Positions 1-5,658 of a stretch of DNA of 11,093 nucleotides are shown in pieces. Positions within the stretch are counted from its first letter, which is position 1, and each line of letters opens with the position of its first letter. The DNA comes from an archaeon (lineage in GTDB: Archaea > Iainarchaeota > Iainarchaeia > Iainarchaeales > JAAZKV01). The stretch covers positions 1-11,093 of the forward strand of contig JAVHOV010000023.1 of assembly GCA_036170245.1 (NCBI GenBank), written 5' to 3'. The translations under genes were made by a program, and so were the position numbers. The notes beneath the pieces are model-generated. The model was not told where the DNA came from. It saw only the letters and a program-made list of their open reading frames with translations, and ran no database searches.

Positions 1-631
1 TTTGGTCATAATAAAACTTTCGTTTTCGTAAAACGTGTTTACTATAGTGCATTACTAACTCGTAACCCAAGTCCCATAAGAAGAACGCAACGAAGAAAAA
101 CATAGCATATGTGTTTAAGAGAGCAAAAGCAAAAACAGTTATTTTCATTACAAATCTATATTCAAAGAACCAATGAACTAACTTGCCAAGAACTCCTTTT
201 TTATATAAATTATTTTTGTCAACAAAATCATTTCCTATTTCATCAACTACTCCCGCAATAGTTATTATTACAAGTGGAACTAGGTAGAATGGATCTAAAA
301 CAAATTTCCAATCCCCTATAAAGAAATAAACAACATAAATGCAAAGCACTGCAATTACAAAAGCGATGTTATCAATTTTTCCTTTAATTAAAACTCCAAG
401 AGTTATTGCAGTTAACAACAGCGCAGCAGCAGGATGAAGAGCCATTACAAAAGCCCAAAAAATTGCGGTTATTGGAGCTAAAATCAAAGCTAGTTTTCTA
501 GAATATGTTTTTTCATCAAAAGCATCATCAATGAATTTAACTAAAACACCCATTAAGAAAAAAGATACTACAAAAAACAAAGTTGTGACTAGAGGGTCTT
601 GTAGTATAACTTCTTGTAGAGGCAAAGGCAC
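1..631 (-). CDS. Multi-pass membrane protein of unknown function, 3'-truncated by the window edge
   Basis: Hand-translated; absent from the ORF track because it runs off the edge. GTG at 631 follows an SD-like AGGTG and the frame is open for 210 codons (MPLPLQEVILQDPLVTTLFFVVSFFLMGVLVKFIDDAFDEK...). Several hydrophobic stretches are separated by acidic motifs (DDAFDE, GKIDN, DEIGND, WDLGYE). It starts 19 nt after the KaiC-like stop, so co-transcription is likely. Confidence 0.85.
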   Translation of the reverse strand, partial: MPLPLQEVILQDPLVTTLFFVVSFFLMGVLVKFIDDAFDEKTYSRKLALILAPITAIFWAFVMALHPAAALLLTAITLGVLIKGKIDNIAFVIAVLCIYVVYFFIGDWKFVLDPFYLVPLVIITIAGVVDEIGNDFVDKNNLYKKGVLGKLVHWFFEYRFVMKITVFAFALLNTYAMFFFVAFFLWDLGYELVMHYSKHVLRKRKFYYDQ

Positions 632-650
632 AAAAACACCTTTTTAAATT

Positions 651-1415
651 TTAAATCTCTGACTCCTTAATTGCTATTCCGCTTGGCTCTATTGCATAGG
701 CAAGAGTTGATTTCAAGTGGTCAGTGTAACGCATTTTTCTTACAGCCATGCTTCTAAAATCAACTGAACCTACTCCAACGTAATGAAGTAATACAACACC
801 ATCTGCAATAAATTCACTTACCCCATCAGCACTAAGAGTTTTTTCGTCCTCAGGCATTTCTGTTGTTAATAGAGTTGTAGTTTTGAATTTCTTCAAAACT
901 TTGAATAAACTATAAAGAACATGTTTTGTAACTATTTGATCCGTTCGAGGAATTGGATTAACTGTCTCGGCTATTTGCACTAAAGAAAATCCTTTGTCAT
1001 CTGCTATTCCAGAAATTAGTAAAGAATCAGTCAAAGTAGTTAGTGAATCAACTACTACTCTCTTTGGTTTGAATTGATCTACAGCTTCATTAAAAGTCTG
1101 AGGAAAACTTCCCCCATCAGTAGGGTCATAATAAATTATTTTTATTAACCCTCTTTGTTCTAAATCCTGTAATTTCCAATTAAAAGCACCAGCTTGCTTG
1201 TATAATTCTTCCCTATTTTGTTCAGTAGAAAGATAAAGTCCTTTTTCTCCAAAAAGTGCTGCACCATTAACAATAAACTGCAAGCATAAAGTTGATTTAC
1301 CTGTTCCAGCTCCACCAGATATTAATACCATGTTACCATTTGGAAACCCGCCATTCAAAGCTTTGTCAAGCCCTTGGATTCCTGTCTTTGTTCGTAGTAT
1401 TTCTTCTATAGCCAT
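651..1415 (-). CDS. KaiC/RAD55/GvpD-like RecA-superfamily ATPase, single domain
   Basis: N-terminal TGIQGLDKALNGGFP, Walker A GGAGTGKS, Walker B region RVVVDSLT, C-terminal ADGVVLL and RKMR arginine-finger motif; 254 aa. Confidence 0.93.
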   Translation of the reverse strand: MAIEEILRTKTGIQGLDKALNGGFPNGNMVLISGGAGTGKSTLCLQFIVNGAALFGEKGLYLSTEQNREELYKQAGAFNWKLQDLEQRGLIKIIYYDPTDGGSFPQTFNEAVDQFKPKRVVVDSLTTLTDSLLISGIADDKGFSLVQIAETVNPIPRTDQIVTKHVLYSLFKVLKKFKTTTLLTTEMPEDEKTLSADGVSEFIADGVVLLHYVGVGSVDFRSMAVRKMRYTDHLKSTLAYAIEPSGIAIKESEI

Positions 1416-1444
1416 TTGAATCTGAATATAGAACGCTAAACGGG

Positions 1445-1452
1445 TATTTAAA
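1445..1452 (-). promoter_or_regulatory. Putative archaeal TATA box for the KaiC-like gene
   Basis: TTTAAATA on the minus strand, beginning 37 nt upstream of the ATG at 1415. Confidence 0.4.
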
Positions 1453-1562
1453 TTTAGGGGGTAAGCTAACTGAAGTAAATTGTTTTCAAATCACGTCGGC
1501 AAATTGGTTCAAAAAAGATTTTAAACTATTTAACAGAACTAATAATTACCAATAAAAGCTTT

Positions 1563-1585
1563 TCTTACTAATAAGATTTGTAAGA
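1563..1585. promoter_or_regulatory. Putative autoregulatory operator of the AbrB-MazF operon
   Basis: TCTTAC (1563-1568) is inverted relative to TAAGA (1572-1576) and GTAAGA (1580-1585), just upstream of the antitoxin start. Type II TA operons commonly autoregulate through such repeats. Confidence 0.4.
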
Positions 1586-1598
1586 TTGGTGGTTTAAG

Positions 1599-1841
1599 GT
1601 GCTTGTTGGAATGAAAACAATAACTATTACAGATAAGGGGCAAATTGCTTTGCCTAAAGAGTTAAGACAAGGAAAGTTCTCTAATGGAAAGAAAATTGTT
1701 GTCTTAGCTTTTGAGGACAAAATAGAATTAAGACCAATTGAGCACATAAATGAAAAACTACTAAACACTCTTCTTAGTGAAAAGTCCTTAATGAGGGATT
1801 GGAATACTAAAGAAGAGGATAAAGCATGGAAAAAATTGTGA
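1599..1841 (+). CDS. AbrB/MazE/SpoVT-family antitoxin
   Basis: Swapped-hairpin signature ITDKGQIALPKELR. C-terminal SEKSLMRDWNTKEEDKAW resembles antitoxin tails paired with PemK-type toxins. Overlaps the downstream toxin gene. Alternative start is ATG 1611. Confidence 0.88.
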   Translation: MLVGMKTITITDKGQIALPKELRQGKFSNGKKIVVLAFEDKIELRPIEHINEKLLNTLLSEKSLMRDWNTKEEDKAWKKL

Positions 1842-2155
1842 AAGGAGATGTAGTAGTAATAAGAATTCCTTTTACTGATTTGACCGCTGATAAAAAAAGA
1901 CCTGCTTTAGTTATTGCTAACCTTGGAGGAGAAGATCTAATCTTGTGCCAAATCACAAGCAAAGAACCCTTAAGCAATTTTGTTAAACTTACTGAAAAAG
2001 ATTTTTCAACAACAAATCTTGATGTAACCAGTTTTGTAAGAATTGATAAAATTTTTACTTTAGATTCAAAAATGACTGAATACAAAATAGGAAGAATAAG
2101 TCAAAACAAAATAACTGAAGTAGAAACAAAACTAATCAAAATAATAACTACTTGA
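1826..2155 (+). CDS. mazF: PemK/MazF-family endoribonuclease toxin
   Basis: KGDVVVIRIPFTDLTADKKRPALVI, ILCQITS and SFVRIDKIFTLD match PemK/MazF motifs; 109 aa; directly after the antitoxin. Confidence 0.92.
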   Translation: MEKIVKGDVVVIRIPFTDLTADKKRPALVIANLGGEDLILCQITSKEPLSNFVKLTEKDFSTTNLDVTSFVRIDKIFTLDSKMTEYKIGRISQNKITEVETKLIKIITT

Positions 2156-2495
2156 ACCTAATCTCAATTGAATCAATTTTTGGTTCAATAAATACTTTTC
2201 TTCCTTTTTTGTTCTTCTCAATCATTCCTTGACTTTCAAGAATAGAAATATCTCTGCTGATTGCTTCTTGTTTTCTTCCTGTGGATTCAACTAAATCAGA
2301 TACGCAAGCAGGAGAAGAGTAAGTCATTATGTGTTTCATTAAGTCAAGTCTTTCTTCTGAAAGTATTTGGTGCGCCAAAATTGCATTTTTTAGATAAACT
2401 GTTGTAGTGCCATTTAATTCTTTTGAAGGTTTGCTCCAAGCTTCGCGCAAATCCTTATCAGAATCTGCACCAATTTTAATAATTAATTTTTTCAT
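2148..2495 (-). CDS. Winged-HTH protein (ArsR-like / HVO_A0114-type), probable antitoxin
   Basis: ILSEERLDLMKHI...VSDLVESTGRKQEAISRDISILESQGMIE wHTH, with N-terminal beta strand MKKLIIKIG and C-terminal IEIRF. ATG 2495 chosen as start; the ORF track extends to 2519. Confidence 0.8.
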   Translation of the reverse strand: MKKLIIKIGADSDKDLREAWSKPSKELNGTTTVYLKNAILAHQILSEERLDLMKHIMTYSSPACVSDLVESTGRKQEAISRDISILESQGMIEKNKKGRKVFIEPKIDSIEIRFK

Positions 2496-2533
2496 ACAAA
2501 CCATAAACATAACTCCCAATGTTATATATAAAT

Positions 2534-2809
2534 TTATTCATCATTGAACTTGATTAAATATTTCTGCCAATTTGCTTCCAAATTATTTTTCAGTTCAAAT
2601 ACAGTATCAATTGTTGGAGGAAAATCCAAATATTCTTTTCTTGAATGTTTTTTAGAGTAATAATGCACGTGAAGAGTTTCTTTTTGAGAATAATCATATT
2701 TTATAACTTCTTCAAAAACTTCATTCACTTTTGTTAAATAAATTATTACAAAAGCATTCACAATAAACTCAGCAGAATACTCAAACTTAATATAAACTTC
2801 ATTTTCCAT
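2534..2809 (-). CDS. Small DUF6516/DUF7718-like protein, putative toxin partner of the wHTH gene
   Basis: VIKYDYSQKETLHVHYY resembles the R/K-YD...HxH motif, and there is a C-terminal NWQKY. It lies upstream of an HVO_A0114-like HTH gene. ATG 2809 follows a G-rich SD-like GATGGGGG. Family assigned by recall only. Confidence 0.55.
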   Translation of the reverse strand: MENEVYIKFEYSAEFIVNAFVIIYLTKVNEVFEEVIKYDYSQKETLHVHYYSKKHSRKEYLDFPPTIDTVFELKNNLEANWQKYLIKFNDE

Positions 2810-2910
2810 ACCCCCATCAAGGAAAATAAAAAATTCCCTAAAATTTTCATTCATTTATGAAATTTAAAAAAAGAGATATATAAAGAAAACTACTTTTTCG
2901 TCAATTGTAC

Positions 2911-4404
2911 TTATTCTTTTTTAGGAGTTTCTTCTTCTTTTCTTTCTGGCTTCATTTGTGGGAAGAAGATTACATCTCTTATTGTTGAAGAATTTGTTAG
3001 AACCATTATTAATCTATCAATTCCAAGTCCCATTCCGCCTGCAGGAGGCATTCCGTATCCTATTGCATCCAAGAAGTCTTCATCCATCGGAACTGCTTCG
3101 CCTTTTGCTCTACCCTGGTCTTTTTGGTCTTCGAAGAATCTTCTTTGCAAAATTGGATCATTTAGTTCAGAGTAACCATTGCAAATTTCGTGACCGTTAA
3201 TGTAACCTTCTGTTCTTTCAATTAGTAAATTCAAATCTTCTCTTGAGGGTTTACATAAAGGAGTTGTTTCTTTTGGATATTCAGTTACCCAAGTTGGCTG
3301 GATTAATTCGGCTTCGCAAAAGTGTTCAAATAATTCTACAACAACAAGACCCCATTTTTTGTCTTCTTCATTAATTTCAACTTTTTCTCTTGCAGCAATT
3401 TCAAGTAATTCTTCAAGAGTCATTGTCTTAACTGCCCTGCCAACTTTTTCACTCAAAGCATCAAGCATTTTGATTCTCTTCCAAGGAGCTTTGAGATCAA
3501 TTTCTTTTCCTTCGTAAGTAACTTTAGTTGTTCCGTTAACTTTTATTGCAACATACTCAATCATTTGTTCTGTTAGAGAAATAATTCCGTTCAAGTCAGT
3601 GTACGCTTGGTAGAATTCCGACATTGTAAATTCAGGGTTGTGAGTTTTATCAACATCTTCATTTCTAAAATTCTTACAAACAGTGTAAACTTTATCAAAT
3701 CCACCAACTAACAATCGTTTCAAATATAATTCGGGAGAAATACTCAAGAAGAAAGTTGATTTCCAAGCATTTGAAACAGTAGTGTAGGGTCTAGCACTTG
3801 CTCCACCATAAGTTGGTTGAAGAACAGGAATTTCTACATCCAAAAATCCTTTATTATTCAAAAATTCTTTCCAAGCTTGAATAATTTTTGTTCGCTTAAT
3901 AAAAACTTCTTTTACTTCAGGATTCATAATTAAATCCAAGTATCTTTGTCTTTGTCTGATTTCAATATCCTGTAAACCGTGGAATTTTTCAGGAAGAGGC
4001 AAAATACTTTTGCACAAAACTTCTAAAGTGTTAACCATTATTGAAAGTTCTCCTCTTTGAGTTCGGTAAACTTTTCCATGAGTTCCAACAATATCCCCTA
4101 AATCAATTGCTTCAAGAAGTTTGAATACTTCGCCAGGAGTATCTCCTTTTTTTAAGAAAAATTGTATTGTCCCTTTAGTATCAGCAACTTTTAAAAAAGC
4201 AATTGCTCCAAAAGAACGTTTAGCCATTACTCTTCCTGCAACATTAAATTCAGGACCAAATTCTTCATTCTTTAAAGAAGTAAATTTTTCTAATAATTCT
4301 GTAGAATAAGCGTTAACATCAAAACTATATGGATAAGGGTTAATTCCTGAATCAACTAATTTCTGCAAATTATCCTTCTTTGCTTTTACTAAATCGTTAT
4401 CCAT
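2911..4404 (-). CDS. lysS: Lysine--tRNA ligase, class II
   Basis: OB-fold N-terminus (GINPYPY, VAGRVMAKRSFG, LPEKFHGLQD, RQRYLDLI), GGASARP, motif 2 NFRNEDVDKTHNPEFT, motif 3 YGMPPAGGMGLGIDRL. ATG 4404 chosen as start; the track starts at TTG 4419. Confidence 0.97.
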   Translation of the reverse strand: MDNDLVKAKKDNLQKLVDSGINPYPYSFDVNAYSTELLEKFTSLKNEEFGPEFNVAGRVMAKRSFGAIAFLKVADTKGTIQFFLKKGDTPGEVFKLLEAIDLGDIVGTHGKVYRTQRGELSIMVNTLEVLCKSILPLPEKFHGLQDIEIRQRQRYLDLIMNPEVKEVFIKRTKIIQAWKEFLNNKGFLDVEIPVLQPTYGGASARPYTTVSNAWKSTFFLSISPELYLKRLLVGGFDKVYTVCKNFRNEDVDKTHNPEFTMSEFYQAYTDLNGIISLTEQMIEYVAIKVNGTTKVTYEGKEIDLKAPWKRIKMLDALSEKVGRAVKTMTLEELLEIAAREKVEINEEDKKWGLVVVELFEHFCEAELIQPTWVTEYPKETTPLCKPSREDLNLLIERTEGYINGHEICNGYSELNDPILQRRFFEDQKDQGRAKGEAVPMDEDFLDAIGYGMPPAGGMGLGIDRLIMVLTNSSTIRDVIFFPQMKPERKEEETPKKE

Positions 4405-4500
4405 AAAATAAACTTCCAAGGAATGAATTAAAAGGCTTACCTTAAAAGCAAAAAAATCATCAAGAATATATTTTTAACCAAATAGAAAGCATACTTAGGT

Positions 4501-5265
4501 ATGCAACATCAAGTAAAAGGAAGAGCAGAAATGCTTGCAAAATTCAATGCAAAGAGAAAAGCAACACGAAAACCAGAACACTATGATGATGCAATTCTTC
4601 TTGGCTCAAAAGGCGGACTTACCAGGAAAAAAATCCAGCAGGTTATCGGAAGAATGAAGAAAAAAAGAGAGAATTATTTAGGACAAGAAATTCCAACCGT
4701 CACATCTTCAGACAATATGCTATTTACTGGGTCAAAAGCAACTGCAACAGATGTTGCAACAAGACTCTCACTAAAATATCTAATGAAACCACTCAAAGCA
4801 ATGAAACTCAGTCAGGAATCTCTTTTGGCATTTGAACGATTGCTTCTTGCAAGAGGCCAAATAATAAAAGGAACAAATATTAGTTTAAGACCACCACAAG
4901 AGTTTTTGATGCTTGACTTGATAAACTCTTTTGGAGAAGACGGATACAGAAAAGCCCAAAAAGTTTCAGAGAAACTCACTCAGAGAGGACACAATATACA
5001 AAGACTGGCCATAAAATCAAAACTTAATGAGTCAGATGTTTTCTATAATGTTCCCCCAAGGGCAGGGATAGCGCAGTCATACTTAGGCATTAGTAAAGAA
5101 AGTTTTATAGCAAATTTTCCGTCAACCTTAAGAGAAAGAGAACTTGAACTTGAGCAACTTAAAAAAGAAAATATTTCAAACAAAGAAATTTTCATAAAAA
5201 TGCTTGAAGATCAAGTAAAAAAAGCAAGGAAAAGTTATATCCTGTTCAGGCAAAACAACATGTAA
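4501..5265 (+). CDS. Hypothetical basic protein
   Basis: 254-aa ORF divergent from lysS, with TATA-like TTTTTAAC at 4471 (30 nt upstream). K/R-rich; no domain recognised. Confidence 0.75.
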   Translation: MQHQVKGRAEMLAKFNAKRKATRKPEHYDDAILLGSKGGLTRKKIQQVIGRMKKKRENYLGQEIPTVTSSDNMLFTGSKATATDVATRLSLKYLMKPLKAMKLSQESLLAFERLLLARGQIIKGTNISLRPPQEFLMLDLINSFGEDGYRKAQKVSEKLTQRGHNIQRLAIKSKLNESDVFYNVPPRAGIAQSYLGISKESFIANFPSTLRERELELEQLKKENISNKEIFIKMLEDQVKKARKSYILFRQNNM

Positions 5266-5306
5266 GCTTAAACTGTATTAAATATTACACTTATTCTTTA
5301 ATAGTA

Positions 5307-5313
5307 TTTAATA
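5307..5313 (+). promoter_or_regulatory. Putative TATA box for the trp leader transcript
   Basis: TTTAATA starts 30 nt before ATG 5337, the same 30-33 nt spacing seen for genes at 4501, 8861 and 10144. Confidence 0.45.
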
Positions 5314-5336
5314 ATCTACATGAATGAATGTATGTT

Positions 5337-5384
5337 ATGAAAGTTAATTTGGTTGAAAAAGTTGTCTGGAGTCCTTTCATCTAA
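5337..5384 (+). CDS. Putative Trp leader peptide 1, MKVNLVEKVVWSPFI
   Basis: Hand-translated ATG 5337 to TAA 5382-5384, single TGG at 5367-5369. Positioned like a leaderless or short-leader ORF relative to the TATA-like box. An in-frame ATG at 5328 is an alternative start. Confidence 0.45.
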   Translation: MKVNLVEKVVWSPFI

Positions 5385-5481
5385 TTATCGACTCACCAGG
5401 TCTGGAATCCAGGCAATCAACCAAAGAAAAATTAATCACACTTACTTCTCTGACTCAAGGATTAAAACTTTTCACTGGTGA
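5353..5481 (+). CDS. Possible 42-aa upstream ORF ending in His-Trp-stop
   Basis: TTG 5353...CAC TGG TGA 5481 gives MKKLSGVLSSNYRLTRSGIQAINQRKINHTYFSDSRIKTFHW. No clear SD, so translation is uncertain. Confidence 0.25.
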   Translation: MKKLSGVLSSNYRLTRSGIQAINQRKINHTYFSDSRIKTFHW

Positions 5482-5509
5482 ACACTATATTTTACTCTAA
5501 AAATATTTG

Positions 5510-5582
5510 GGGAGAATAGTGTAGTGATAACACGAATAAGTTTTTTACTTATTAGTCCAAGGTTTGATTCCTTGTTCTCTTA
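5510..5582 (+). ncRNA. tRNA-like cloverleaf element (non-canonical tRNA, pseudo-tRNA or tRNA mimic)
   Basis: Acceptor GGGAGAA/TTCTCTT; T8A9; D arm GTGT-AGTGATA-ACAC; G26; anticodon arm AATAAG-TTTTTTA-CTTATT; variable loop AGTC; T arm CAAGG-TTTGATT-CCTTG; discriminator A; no encoded CCA. Confidence 0.85.
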
Positions 5583-5600
5583 AATTTTGGAGATGAAAAA

Positions 5601-5639
5601 ATGGAAAATAAAAAAAGTGAGTTAGCCTGGCTACAATGA
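5601..5639 (+). CDS. Putative Trp leader peptide 2, MENKKSELAWLQ
   Basis: SD-like GGAGATGA at 5589-5596, ATG 5601, TGG at 5628-5630, TGA 5637-5639. Ends 19 nt before the trpB2 ATG. Confidence 0.5.
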   Translation: MENKKSELAWLQ

Positions 5640-5658
5640 TTTAGGCAAAAAAGTAGTA

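Noticed and set aside
1568..2085. Minus-strand ORFs 1568-1768 and 1807-2085
   Set aside because: Antisense shadows of the well-supported antitoxin and toxin genes.
2958..4309. Plus-strand ORFs 2958-3200 and 4121-4309
   Set aside because: Lie entirely within lysS on the opposite strand.
5276..5313. 12-bp imperfect inverted repeat TATTAAATATTA / TAGTATTTAATA as an operator
   Set aside because: Almost entirely A/T in a very AT-rich tract, so likely by chance. No TGTACA TrpY box is present.
5320..5481. TGA readthrough or recoding joining MNECML to the downstream 46-codon frame
   Set aside because: TGA serves as a normal stop for mazF, trpS and the 8089 gene, and no recoding signal is evident.
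5337..5530. Canonical T-box riboswitch
   Set aside because: No recognisable AG box, distal T-loop motifs or GGTGGNACCGCG consensus. Only a UGGU bulge resemblance, reported separately as speculative.
5510..5582. Calling the cloverleaf a standard tRNA-Lys(UUU), an ochre suppressor or tRNA-Pyl
   Set aside because: U37, the 6-bp anticodon stem and A19/U56 are non-canonical for tRNA-Lys. TTA is not centred in the loop. There is no CUA anticodon and no pyl genes in the window.
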